DNA of 64,000 nt from Anthoceros angustus. Taxonomy: Eukaryota > Plantae > Anthocerotophyta. Every line of letters starts with the position of its first letter. The first letter of the stretch is position 1. The translations under genes and the position numbers were made by a program. This document shows, one piece after another, positions 37,451 to 49,770 of this stretch. The DNA lies in contig VJWM01000205.1 of assembly GCA_010909165.1 (NCBI GenBank), positions 276,468-340,467 of the forward strand. The letters run 5' to 3'. The notes under the pieces are model-generated. The model saw only the letters and a list, made by a program, of their open reading frames with translations. It ran no database searches and was not told the origin of the DNA.

Positions 37451-38416
37451 TCAGATATGACCTCGACCACCACACGTCGGGCAAAGAATGTCCCCAGTGC
37501 CACCACAACCTGCAACAAAGAGAAATCGAACAGGGAACAGGTTAATCGTCGAGCAGCAACAAGCCAGCTAGATGTCTTGAAGGCATAAATTAGTCCCTAA
37601 GAACAAACCAGTGTAGAAACACTTACCAAGACATCTGACCTTGACAATGATACCCTGGCTTTCCAGGATTGAGTCCACATACAAGCCTGACCCAGTACAG
37701 GTGGTGCACTGTATGGCTCCTTTTGCTTCACACGATGAACAGCTGGGCTTGTTTCCTATAGAAAGTCCTTTGGAAGGCAATCCGGTTGGCTTCACGCCTT
37801 CCTCCCTAGGGATAGAAGAATCAGAAATAAATAAAGATTCCAGCTTGTTCCTGGCTCGGTCCAAACTGCTCGTGGGGTTCCCACCTGGTTGGTTACCACT
37901 AGCCTGAAGCAGCCAAACATCATCGTTGCTATTACAGCGGTTAACACCAGAAAAGCCTAGCTCAGAAAAGCCTAGCTCGGAAAAGCCTAGCTCGGAAAAG
38001 CCTGTCTGCAAGCTAATCAATCATGGTTCAGGACACTCTACAAACATGTCTCAAAGCAAGCAATCCTGCTTAAGGACCCTCCAAAGAAGCAGGGATTTCA
38101 GGAACCTGAACCCTCAGCAGCCCATTCCAAATTTCCGAACGCAATTGCACACCGACATCAGAAAGACAATCGCAAAACATGATGGAAGAACCATTACTTC
38201 TCCTTTCCAGGGCATAGCTCCATTCGTGGGCGTACTGCAGTGCAATTGTAGCCGAGGGACCCCATCCTGCCAATGGTACCTTGAGCGGACTGTCGAACAC
38301 ACTGTCCACTGCAGCAGTGGACGCACATGAGAAGATGCACTCAAGTGCACAACACCTGCTCCAGCATCGTTTGTGGAGGCTGCGGGCATGCAGAGAAGCC
38401 TTCCTGAAGTCCCCAT
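37451..38416 (-). CDS. DnaJ-type cysteine-rich zinc-finger protein (no J domain), probably plastid-targeted, 3 exons
   Basis: Four CxxCxGxG-type repeats (CSSCEAKG, CTTCTGSG, CLG|CGGTG, CPTCGGRG) around LYVDSILESQGIIVKVR. Last intron 37626-37510, stop 37453-37451. Exon 1 (38416-38198) and the start codon are tentative. Confidence 0.75.
37949..38002. repeat. 15-bp tandem repeat (GAAAAGCCTAGCTCR) x3-4, probably intronic
   Basis: Visible directly; it creates the GFSEL repeat in the ORF track. Confidence 0.85.
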
Positions 38417-39335
38417 CTCCTGGCAAACGGATTCGAAACAGACTTGAGAAGTGTAAACAGAAGCCCGCTCGTCTTCAGATGCTCAAACCCGAATTGCCTC
38501 GGAAGAAGATCGTGACTGCCAGCCTCTCAGAGGATTTGTGGGAGTCAAAAAAATTGCTCCGATGTTTTCTCCGTGAAGCCTCGGAGACGGAGTGCACGAA
38601 CCGGTCCAGGGGAGCCATCAGTTAGAAAGATGGCCCTGTGTATCGGTTGCTGATCACAAATTAAAAGATGCTACTTTAGTTTACTTCCAGGTGCTTTCCT
38701 TAAGTCCACTACCCCTCGACCAAAGTTCTGTGACCTTCTCCAGTCTCCGGTAGGGGTTGTGAGTATATGAGAATGGTGGGACCGCCTTAGGGGAATTGCA
38801 GTTTGACGAGCTGATCCAACCGTTAGTATTCCAGCTTGTCTGAAATCTCCGGTATCATCTAATTTTTTTTTGGTTGTACTTTGACCCCTAAACACCGAAC
38901 CCTAAACGCCGGGGCACTTTCAGCTTCCGTGGTTTTTTATCTTGGGGACTTGAGTGGTGGGACCTTTGAGCAAATTATGCTAAGTGGTGAAGAGAACTGA
39001 TTCTGAGGATAAGCAAAAACTTTATATTAATCAAAGTGCCTTAAGCAATCTCCCCTCCTATATATAATAATGAGAAGAGTAGACGTTATTAATAGACGAG
39101 ATGGGGAATCCCAACTACCCCTTGAAGACCGAGGAGGAACAACCCAAAAATGGCTAATAATAAAAGGGGAAGTCCTAAGTCCCCTCGAATGCCTTTCCCG
39201 TAACTACCTACTGCACCAAGGATATTGTGATCAGGGATGATGAAGGGCCTATATAATATATATATTGGAAAAGGAAAAACATGATAATCGCATGCATTGT
39301 AACAAGTTGAGCTAATTCCTAACAAGTTAATTGAA

Positions 39336-41088
39336 CGTCACAATGCATGTTTATCAATTGAGGTGATCTGATACCAAATTTCAGGTGCTTTCCTTGGACT
39401 TGGGCTTCTTCTCCTCCTCTTCTTGGACTTGGGCTTCTTCTCCTCCTCTGCTTGGACTTGGGCTTCTTTTCCTCCTCTCCTTGGACTTGGGCTTCTTCTC
39501 CATTGGCCTCAAGACTTGGGCACACTTTAGAGGGTCCCTTGCCTACTTGCTTAAAGAGCTAGCATCGCCTAGCATCGCCAGCACACTAACCCTAGCACGA
39601 CCCTAGCATCGCCAGCACACTAACCCTAGCACGACCCAGCATCGCCAGCACACTAACCCTAGCACGACCCTAGCATCGCCTAGCATCGCCAGCACACTAA
39701 CCCTAGCACTAAGCCTAGCAAGCTTATCAATCCCAAGACGCCTATCTAGCGTCACAATGCATGTTTATCAATTGAGGTGATCGATACCAAATTTGTGTGC
39801 CTTGGACTTGGGCTTCTTCTCCTCCTCTTGGACTTGGGCTTCTCCTCCGCTTGGACTTGGGCTTCTTTTCCTCCTCTCCTTGGACTTGGGCTTCTTCTCC
39901 ATTGGCCTCAAGACTTGGGCACACTTTAGAGGGTCCCTTGCCTACTTGCTTAAAGAGCTAGCATCGCTAGCATCGCCAGCACACTAACCCTAGCACGACC
40001 CTAGCATCGCCAGCACACTAACCCTAGCACGACCCAGCATCGCCAGCACACTAACCCTAGCACGACCCTAGCATCGCCTGGCAGCCAGAGCACAAAGCCT
40101 AGCAAGCTTATCAATCCCAAGACGCCTATCTAGCGTCACAATGCATGTTTATCAATTGAGGTGATCGATACCAAATTTGTGTGCCTTGGACTTGGGCTTC
40201 TTCTCCTCCTCTTGGACTTGGGCTTCTCCTCCGCTTGGACTTGGGCTTCTTTTCCTCCTCTCCTTGGACTTGGGCTTCTTCTCCATTGGCCTCAAGACTT
40301 GGGCACACTTTAGAGGGTCCCTTGCCTACTTGCTTAAAGAGCTAGCATCGCCTAGCATCGTCTAGCGCACTAAGCCTAGCACAGCCTAGCATCGCCTAGC
40401 ATCACCTAGCATCACCTAGCATCGCCTAGCACACTAACCCTAGCACGACCTAGCATCGCCTAGCACACTACGCCGAGCACAAAGCCTAGCAAGCTTATCA
40501 ATCCTAGTACGCCTATCTAGCGTACACACAAGAGATCATAGCTTGTAACAACAAGAGGGAGTAGCTTGCACATCGTGGCACAAACACACTCTCCGCACGA
40601 GAACAACACGCAAATTCCTCACACGTCGCTCTCAGAGTCATAGTTTTGGCCTCCTCACAACACCCTTGCATTGCATATCTAGAGGACAAGCTATGATCTG
40701 AGCTTGTCCTCAGTCGAAGGGTCTATATATACTAGCCTTTGGCATCGGCATATTCCTAAGATATCCTATGGCATCAGCATATGCCAGAAATATCCTAAGA
40801 ACACACTATAATATGCAAGGAATATGCTAAAGCATATTACTTGAGCTTATCCACTTAGCTATTGTATATATCCTAAGAATATACTATAATATGTAGAGAA
40901 TATGCCAAAGCATATTACTTGAGCTTATCCACTTAGCTATTGCTAACCATGTTTAATTAACACTAATCAATGCTTAATTAACATAAGCGCCTTAGATTAA
41001 TTAACACTAATTACTTGCTCAAAGATGAGTAATTAGATTAATTAATGTTAATCAAATACTAAACCCAAGTGCAGAGATAAGTGTCACA
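39336..41088 (-). mobile_element. LTR-retrotransposon 5' LTR (~41088-40178) with tRNA-iMet PBS; the U5+PBS+leader segment is triplicated (units start 39336, 39750, 40134)
   Basis: The minus strand starts TGTGACAC, has AT-rich U3-like repeats and TATATATAG at ~40724-40732, and ends ..CACA-AATT-TGGTATC(A)GATC (vs canonical TGGTATCAGAGC). The PBS recurs at ~40173, ~39789 and ~39376. No coding region or second full LTR is seen. Confidence 0.6.
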
Positions 41089-42019
41089 CGGCATGACAGC
41101 GGCCAGCTCTGCCGTTTTCTATTATGTATGTGCGTGGGTCTAAGGCGATTGGCCCTTGGCAGCGACTTCGATGGAGCGAACTACACTCCCACGCAAGGGA
41201 CCGTGGGCAACAGCCAGACCGTGATCGGGCCTCGGGAATCGAGAGTTGGCGACGTGGGGGACGGGCCAGCCGTGCTCAGACTCATGGCCGCCCCGGACAT
41301 AGCCTCAATGCCCTCTCCTCCGGGTCAGCATTCCTTCATTGCAGCTTCCTAGCCCGATCCACTGGCTCTTGCCATTGCGAGGAGGTGGCGGAAACGAGGC
41401 TGGCTTGGGATGGATAAACCGGGTTTGAAGCTATGTGGGAGTGGGAGAGCTCTCCACACCTGCACTCTACGGACTTGGCATGTGCGAGGGTCTACCACGT
41501 ACGATCAATAGATGTACCAAATGTGTGGGGTCCATGCTGGGAAAATGGATGCTTCAAGTTCTAGAGGGCGGTGGCCTCCACAGCATACACAAGGAATTCA
41601 TTGTTGGCAAAGTGGAAAAGACCAATAGTGGCCCAAAGCCGCTGCGTTTGGAAAGGAGGTTGAGTTCAAAGAGCCACGGTGGGCAGGATGTTATCGGCGC
41701 CTAGGGCACGGAATGTTGGAGTGCGCCATAGAGTTGGCTTGGCATGTAGGAGTAGTTGTTGATGCAATCTGTGAAGACCCGGGCTTATGAACAGCGTGCC
41801 TTGCAATCAAGATTGGGACACCAGCGGTGACTCATCTATGAGAAGCCTATGTTGACTTTGTATAGGAGTTTTTACTTGTTAAGAAGGAATTAGTGTTCGG
41901 TGAGTACTATCTATCAAGGGTGAAGGGATCCAGATTGGAAGGAGAGTTGTGTACGGAAATTGAACAGGAGATATGTTATGTATTTCTGTATATAGGTATT
42001 TTTTGCATACATATATTAC

Positions 42020-42600
42020 CTAAAAGGGCGTTGTAATTTCAATGTTGTAACTCCTTTTGTAATTGCGATATTATAGATGGATTTGTAAAATAGGTTGTTG
42101 TAAAGTGCGTTGTACCCGCACCGAGACGTCTCAAACTTAGATGTTGTAATTCCTTTCGTAATTGGGATATTGTAGATAATTTTGTAAAACAGGTCGTTGT
42201 AAAGTGCATTGTACCCGCACCGAGACGTCTCAAACTTAGATGTCGTAATTCCTTTTGTAATTGGGATATTGTAAATGGTTTTATAAAAGGCATTGTAAAT
42301 AGGTGACGCGGCAAGGGTTGTTGACTAGGCGCCACATGGCAGTGGACACCACGTCATCACATGGTGATGTGGCGATGAAGGCCATATCATCAAATCCTGC
42401 CACGTCATCACCTAAAGACGTGGCAATGAAGGGCAACGTGGTAATAACATGCCATCACTTGGTGATGTGGCGATGATGTGGCACCATATCACCACTTTAA
42501 TGACATGGTGCTAGAACTGGCCATGTCAACAATTTTACAACGTCATGAAGCTCTCGGTTTACAACGGTGCTGCGCCGTTTTACAAGTTAGAAGTACAGAC
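42020..42600. mobile_element. Possible non-autonomous DNA transposon / foldback relic: GTTGTAA motifs on the left, TTACAAC on the right, CCACGT/GATGTGGC cluster in the centre
   Basis: The short motifs are orientation-symmetric and resemble CACTA-like subterminal repeats. No intact TIR or TSD was found. Confidence 0.3.
42042..42300. repeat. 99-bp tandem repeat x~2.6
   Basis: ATGTYGTAAYTCCTTTYGTAATTG starts at 42042, 42141 and 42240. TTGTACCCGCACCGAGACGTCTCAAACTTAG occurs twice. Confidence 0.9.
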
Positions 42601-43329
42601 CGCGTTGGTTATGGTTAGCTTAGCTTAACCCAGCGTGGTCATACCCTTTGGTATCTTGTACCGAAGAGGTACAACTCTTCAGACACAGGCTATAAAAGCC
42701 CACCTCTTATAATCAATTGTATCAATTAGTAACGCACTAAAGGGTGGTAGCATGGTTTGGTGGTACACTTTAGTACCATATGGCTTGGTACACTTGGTTA
42801 CTTTGAAAAGGATAGAGAGATGTGAGAGGGTGACTTTAAGTTTTCATTAAAATAATATTTCAATATATGTTAGTTTCACTTTTATATACTTTTCGTTTGC
42901 TATTATTTACTTTAACTTACTTTACTTTTACTTGATCTGCTTTTATCCGGTGGTAAGTCAACCGCTTACCCCAATTTGACCTTTGTGGGTGCACTCGCTA
43001 TTGCCATCGGGCTCGATCTTGAGTTGATCCTTCGCCCGCCACGAGGCGGCTGGATGCAATCTCACACGCACTCGCCCACATCCGGCCGGCATCGCACACA
43101 CTCGCGGGCTCAAAAGTTCGCGTTCGAGCTCGTTGTTGTAATCAACCCTTTGTCTTTGCATTGTGAGCTATGTGGGGCTTCTTATAGGAGCCCTCCTTCC
43201 TTCGCGTAACGCGGCTCCCCACATGCAAGATCGAGCCGGCTGGAATCAGCAGTTTTGTTTGTGCGATTTTGAAGGTAATGTGCCTTGTGTGTGGCAATCG
43301 GTGTTTTGCGGCTTCGAGGCTTGCTTTAC

Positions 43330-44770
43330 GCTCTTGTGTGCACACATGTGCGAGTGCAGGGCGTGAGATGCGCGTGAGGTCTTGGCCTTGGAGTGGGTGC
43401 CGACGTGTGGCTTCTCATTGTCTGGTGTCCTTTGAAGAACTTGAGCCTTAACGGTCTTGTGTGGACATGTGCATGCTCTAGGGCCGTGAGGTCTTTGGGC
43501 GTGTGAGGGTGCTCCTGGGTGCGAGTGCAGGGCGTGAGATCTTGCGGCGTGAGGTCTTGGCCTTGGAGTGGGTGCCGGCGTGCGGCTTCTCATTGTCTGG
43601 TGTCCTTTGAAGAACTTGAGCCGGCTTAACGGTCTTGTGTGGACATGTGCATGCTCTAGGGGTCTTTGGGCGTGTGAGGGTGCTCTAGTGGGTGCCGAGA
43701 CTCCTTTGATCATTCCTTGTGTTCAATGTCACGGTGAAGGACTTGAGCCTTTACGCTCTTGTGTGCACATGCGTGGTCCGGGCCGTGAGATGTCAGGCGC
43801 GTGAGGTCTTGGCGAGTGGGTGCCGGCGTGCGGCTTCTCATTGTCTGTGGTGTCCAAGAACTTGAGCCGGCCGCGGTCTTGTGTGGACATGTGCATGCTC
43901 TAGGGTGAGGTCTTTGGGCGTGTGAGGGTGCTCCATGTGCGGGTCGCTCCTTTGATCATTCCTTGTGTTCAATGTCACGGTGAAGGACTTGAGCCTGAGT
44001 AATGCTCTTGTGTGCACATGTGCGGTGATGTGAGATCTTTGTCGCGTGAGGTCTTGGCCTTGGAGTGGGTGCCGGCGTGCGGCTTCTCATTATGTGGTGT
44101 CAAGAACTTGAGCCGAACGGTCTTGTGTGGACATGTGCATGCTCTAGGGCTGTGAGGTCTTTGGGCGTGTGAGGGTGCTCGTCTGCGAGGTGCGGCTCCT
44201 TTGATCATTCCGTGTTCAATGTCACGGTGAAGGACTTGAGCGAGTAATGCTCTTGTGTGCACATGTGCGGGATCAGGGCGTGAGATGTTGTGCGTGTGAG
44301 GTGCTGGCCTTGGAGTGGGTGCCGACGCGGCTTCCCTTGTCTATGGTGTCCTCAAGAACTTGAGCCGCTTAACGGTCTTGTGTGGACATGTGGGGCTCAG
44401 TGGTCTTTGGGCGTGTGAGGGTGCTCTAGTGGGTGCCGAGGTGCGGCTCCTTTGATCATTCCTTGTGTGCAATGTTACGTTGAAGGACTTGAGCACGAAT
44501 AATGCTCTTGTGTGCACATGTGCTAGGCTTGTGAGGTGGTGGCATTGTGATTTTGTTGGAGTGGGTGCGATGTCTTGTGCGATCTTTGGAGTGAAGAACT
44601 TGAGCCTGCGGTCTTGTGTGCACATGTGCGGGTTCGTGAGGTCCGTGTGAGGGTCTTTGGAGTGGGTGCCGGTGCGGCTTCTCGATCTGCTCCTGTGTGT
44701 CTTGTCAGAGAACTTGAGCTTAATGCAAATGTGCACATGTGCGGTGTAGTGGGTCGAGGTGCTCGGTGTT
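43330..44770. repeat. Satellite array 1, ~120-bp monomers alternating A/B (~11 monomers)
   Basis: ACTTGAGC recurs every ~111-129 bp, mostly alternating AAGAACTTGAGC and AAGGACTTGAGC. TGTGSACATGTGC occurs in every monomer. Confidence 0.9.
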
Positions 44771-45539
44771 GGAGTGACATGGCTTCCTCGATGAGGAGGA
44801 GACATTAGGCATCTCAAGGAATCAAAAGCGTGCCCTCAAAAACATGTTGAGCCGCTCACGTGTGAGTCGAGCCTTGGAGGCGGTGCCAAAGTGGGCGTTC
44901 GCTGGTCTTGGCATGAAGGAGACTACAACTCTTCGTACCACTGCTATAAAAGCCCACCTCTTATAATCAATTGTATCAATTAGTAACGCACTAAAGGTGG
45001 TAGCATGGTTTGGTGGTACACTTTAGTACCATATGGCTTGGTACACTTGGTTACTTTGAAAAGGATAGAGAGATGTGAGAGGGTGACTTTAAGTTTTCAT
45101 TAAAATAATATTTCAATATATGTTAGTTTCACTTTTATATACTTTTACGCTATTATTTACTTTAACTTACTTTACTTTTACTTGGATCTGCTTTTATCCG
45201 GTGGTAAGTCAACCCGCCACCCCAATGGCCCTTACGCGTGGGTGCACTCGCTATTGCCATCGCGAGCTCGAGTTGATCCTTCGCCCGCCAGAGACCTGGA
45301 TGCAATCGCACTTGCTCGCCCACATCCGGCCGACGACACACCATGGGCTCAAAAGTTCGCGTGCTCGAGCTCGTTGTTGTAATCAACCCTTTGTGCCGCA
45401 TTGTGAGCTATGTGGGTTTTATAGAGCCCTCCTTCCTTCGCGTAACGCGGCTCCCCACATGCAAGATCGAGCCGGCTGGAATCAGCTTTTGTTTGTGCTT
45501 TGAAGGTAATGTGCCTGTTTGTGCGGTCGAGGCTTGCTT

Positions 45540-47725
45540 TACGCCTTGTGTGCACATGCGGTGCCTGGAGATGTGAGGGTGCCGGCCTTGAGTGGTGCCG
45601 ACGCGGCTTCTCATTGTCTGTGGTGTCATCAAGAACTTGAGCTTAACGGTCTTGTGTGGACATGTGCATGCTCTAGGGTGAGTGGGCGTGTGAGGGTGCT
45701 CCGGTGCCGAGGTGCCTTTGATCATTCCTTGTGTTCAATGTCACGTGAAGGACTTGAGCCTTGCTACGCTCTTGTGCACATGTGCGTGGTCCGGGCCGTG
45801 AGATGCGCGTGAGGGTGCTGGCCTTGGAGTGGGTGCCACGCGGCTTCTCATTGTCTGTGGTGTCATCAAGAACTTGAGCTTAACGGTCTTGTGTGGACAT
45901 GTGCATGCTCTAGGGGCGTGAGGTGCGGCGTGTGAGGGTGCTCCAGGTGCCGAGGTGCGCTCCTTTGATCATTCCGTGTGTTCAATGTCACTGAAGGACT
46001 TGAGCCTCGAGTAATGTGCACATGTGCGTGGTCCGGGCGTGAGATGTTGTGCGTGAGGGTGCTGGCCTTGGAGTGGGTGCCGACGCGGCGGCTTCTCATT
46101 GTGGTGTCATCAAGAACTTGAGCCGGCTTAACGGTCTTGTGTGGACATGTGCATGCTCTAGGGTGTGAGGTCGGGCGTGAGGGTGCTCCCAGGCCGAGGT
46201 GCAGCTCCTTTGATCATTCCGTGTGTTCAATGTCACGGAAGGACTTGAGCTGAGTAATGCTCTTGTGTGCACATGTGCGTGATCCGGGTGAGATGTGCGT
46301 GAGGGTGCTGGCCTTGAGTGGTGCCGACGCGGCTTCCCTTGTCTATGGTGTCCTCAAGAACTTGAGCCGGCTTAACGTGGACATGTGCGTGCTCGTGAGG
46401 TCCGGGCGTGTGAGGGTGCTCTAGTGGGTGCCGAGGTGCAGCTCCTTTGATCATTCCTTGTGTGCAATGTTACGTTGAAGGACTTGAGCACGAATAATGC
46501 TCTTGTGTGCACATGTGCAGTGCTAGGCTTGTGAGGTGGTGGCATTGTGATTTTGTTGGAGTGGGTGCATGTGCGCTTCTCCTTGTGTGCGCCGGAGTGA
46601 AGAACTTGAGCCTGCTGCGGTCTTGTGTGCACATGTGCGTGGTCCGGGCGTGAGGTGGGAGGGTGCTGGCCTTGGAGTGGGTGCCGACGCGGCTTCCCTT
46701 GTCTATGGTGTCCTCAAGAACTTGAGCCTCGAATAATGCTCTTGTGTGGACATGTGCATGCTCTAGGGGTCTTTGGGCGTGTGAGGGTGCTCTAGTGGGT
46801 GCCGAGGTGCGGCTCCTTTGATCATTCCTTGTGTGCAATGTTACGTTGAAGGACTTGAGCACGAATAATGCTCTTGTGTGCACATGTGCTAGGCTTGTGA
46901 GGTGGTGGCATTGTGATTTTGTTGGAGTGGGTGCGATGTCTTGTGCGATCTTTGGAGTGAAGAACTTGAGCCTGCGGTCTTGTGTGCACATGTGCGGGTT
47001 CGTGAGGTCTTGGCCTTGGAGTGGGTGCGTGCGGCTTCTCCTTGTCTATGGTGTCCTCAAGAACTTGAGCCGGCGGTCTTGTGTGGACATGTGCGCTCTG
47101 GGGCAGAGGTCTTTGGGCGTGAGGGTGCTCTAGTGGGTGCAGCTCCTTTGATCATTCCGTGTGTTCAATGTCACGGTGAAGGACTTGAGCCTGAGTAATG
47201 CTCTTGTGTGCACATGTGCGTGATCCGGGGTGAGATGTTGTGCGCGTGAGGTCTTGGCCTTGGAGTGGGTGCGTGCGGCTTCTCCTTGTCTATGGTGTCC
47301 ACGAAGAACTTGAGCCGCTTGTGTGGACATGTGCGGGGCTACAGTGGTCTTTGGGCGTGTGAGGGTGCTCTAGTGGGTGCCGAGTGCGGCTCCTTTGATC
47401 ATTCCTTGTGTGCAATGTTACGTGAAGGACTTGAGCACGAATAATGCTCTTGTGTGCACATGGGTGCTAGGCTTGTGAGGTGGTGGCATTGTGATTTTGT
47501 TGGAGTGGGTGCCGATGTGCGGCTTCTCCTTGTGTCTGAGTGAAGAACTTGAGCACCTGCGGTCTTGTGCACATGCAGGTTAAATGTGAGGTCTTGGGCG
47601 TGTGAGGTCGGCCTTGAGTGGGTGCCGAGGTGCGCTTCTCGATCTGCTCCTGTGTGTCTTGTCAGAGAACTTGAGAATGCAAATGTGCACATGTGCGGTG
47701 TAGTGGGTCGAGGTGCTCGGTGTTG
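45540..47725. repeat. Satellite array 2, same family (~18 monomers)
   Basis: Same A/B monomers and the same terminal monomer (CTCGATCTGCTCCTGTGTGTCTTGTCAGAGAACTTGAG) as array 1. Confidence 0.9.
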
Positions 47726-48880
47726 GAGTGACATGGCTTCCTCGATGAGGAGGAGACATTAGGCATCTCAAGGAATCAAAAGCGTGCCCTCAAAAACATG
47801 TTGAGCCGCTCACGTGTGAGTCGAGCCTTGGAGGCGGTGCCAAAGTGGGCGTTCGCTGGTCTTGGCATGAAGGAGACTACAACTCTTGTGGAAGGAGTGG
47901 ATGTTCGCCAAAGCAAGTTGCAGCAAGGTTTGAGGGAGGCGTGGGCGGCGGGCGTGCTTACCCTCCGGTTTGGGGTAGCGAAATGATGCTTATGGGTGGA
48001 AGGGATCGGATAAGTCGGACAAGGAGTGGAGAAACATCGACGACTTGGTTTTCAAGATATACGGCAAGCGAGTTAGTCTTGAGGTGCTCGTGTTGGAGTG
48101 ACATGGCTTCCTCGATGAGGAGGAGACATTAGGCATCTCAAGGAATCAAAAGCGTGCCCTCAAAAACATGTTGAGCGCTCACGCGTGTGAGTCGAGCCTT
48201 GGAGGCGTGCCAAAGTGGGCGTTCACTGGTCTTGGCATGAAGGAGACTACAACTTGCGGGTGGAAGGGTGGATGTTCGCCAAAGCAAGTTGCAGCAAGGT
48301 TTGAGGGCGGCCGGGCGTGCTTACCCTCGGTTTGGGAGTACGAGGGCAATGATGCTTATGGGTGGAAGGGATCGGATAATTTGTCGGACAAGGAGTGGAG
48401 AAACATCGACGACTTGGTTTTCAAGATATCTGACAAGCGAGTTAATCTTGGAAGATCCCTAGGTTGATGGCCATTGGCATCCTTGTTGAGAAAAAGTTGC
48501 ACAGTGCATGGGTTGGTGGCCTATGCACGAAAACTAATGAGGTAAAGGCCTCCAAGCACAAGAAATGTGAGGACATGGAGAAGGATAAGAAAGTGCACAA
48601 GGAGAAGGAGACCCTGGATCACATGGCCCTATGGCGAGGTCCAGAGCAAGGGAAGGGCAAGAAGGTCAGTGTTGGGGTGTCCTCGGACTCGAGGACACCG
48701 GTGATGAGAGGTTGACAGGTGGCCGGTGGAAGCAAGACCAAGGAGGACTTGCATGCAGGAGCGTGAGCAAGAATGTATTCAAGAGGAGGTTGATGTCATA
48801 GCGGTGAGGAGGACGGAAACCATCGCTCCGGAGGCGGAGGATGTAGAGAGGAGGCAGTGCAATGTCGTGGGTTTTCCTTA
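47725..48880 (+). pseudogene. Decayed TE-associated ORF with an internal ~367-bp duplication (47725-48091 / 48092-48450) and a K/E-rich tail
   Basis: GFLDEEETLGISRNQKRALKNML...AYGWKGSD..DKEWRNIDDLVFKI appears twice. It is followed by charged KHKKCEDMEKDKKVHKEKE with frameshifts. Family not recognised. Confidence 0.4.
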
Positions 48881-49439
48881 TAGTTTTAGATTCCCTGCGG
48901 TTTAAGATTCCATGTGAGTGCTACCCTTAGGTCATGTGCTTTGCTTAGGACTGCCTTGAGCTCATTTGGAAGGGTTTGTTCCGGTTTTCGCATCCATCAC
49001 GTTTAAGTTTGAGCTTGATTTATGTGAGCTTGCTCTTATTGATTGCATAGAGGGAGCAACAAGCTTGACAAGTTCTTTGCTGGTCTTGACTTAGCCTCGC
49101 CTTGTAAAGTTCACTTACATTTTACTTGCTAGTGTCTTGTTTGTGAGCTTGGTGTTTTCGTGGATTGAGATAGACTCTTGCGGTAGCTCAATTGTGAGGA
49201 TTCTTCACGGGAGGGAGGGAGGAGAGGGGCCTCATGGGCATTCCGACATCTATCAGTGCGGTTTGGCGGGGGCCACTGGGCACATCAACACCTAGTGGTG
49301 TCTTGTCATGTCGTCATGTGCATGTAGTGTATGCTTGTCATGTCGTCGTCCTTTTGTCCGTCATGCATGGCGGGTGGTGATACTGATGGCGTCTTGGAGT
49401 GTGGGCGGTTTCTTGGTGTCGTGTATTCACGCGGTGGAA

Positions 49440-49770
49440 GTAGCGACATTTGTTCATCATCATCATGTCACGTTAATACTGTAAGCATTTGTTCATCTTG
49501 TCATCGTATCACGTTATGTAGGCATCTGTTCATCATCATCGTGTCACGTTGTGCACTGTAGGCATCTGCTCATCGTCATCATGTCACGTTGTGCACTGTA
49601 GGCCTCATTCATCGTCATCATCTCACGTTGTGCACCGTGGGCAATTGTTCATCGTCATCATGTCACTTTGTGCACTTGTGGGCATTTGTTCATCTGTCAT
49701 CATGTCACGTTGTGCACGTGGGCATTTGTTCATCTTTGTCATCATGTCACGTTGTGCACTGTGGGCATTT
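49440..49770. repeat. ~39-bp minisatellite (GGGCATTTGTTCATCGTCATCATGTCACGTTGTGCACTGT), ~8-9 copies
   Basis: CACGTTGTGCAC recurs at ~39-40-bp spacing. Confidence 0.9.

Larger units (their letters stand above)
42670..47887 (+). repeat. Segmental tandem duplication: unit = TATA-bearing ~650-bp head + satellite array + 160-bp block; copies start 42670 and 44924
   Basis: CTATAAAAGCCCACCTCTTATAATCAATTG... is near-identical at 42690 and 44944 (offset 2254). GGAGTGACATGGC...ACTACAACTCTT closes both copies. Confidence 0.9.

Noticed and set aside
39336-40523. Repeat-spacer appearance resembling CRISPR or telomere arrays; repeated EEAQVQG ORFs
   Set aside because: Eukaryotic context, units are fully duplicated with no unique spacers, CTAACCCTAG is not a contiguous telomere tract, and the ORFs are by-products of the repeat.
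41120-41800. Possible gag zinc-knuckle remnant (GCYRRLGHGMLEC)
   Set aside because: One ligand is missing and there are no other supporting motifs.
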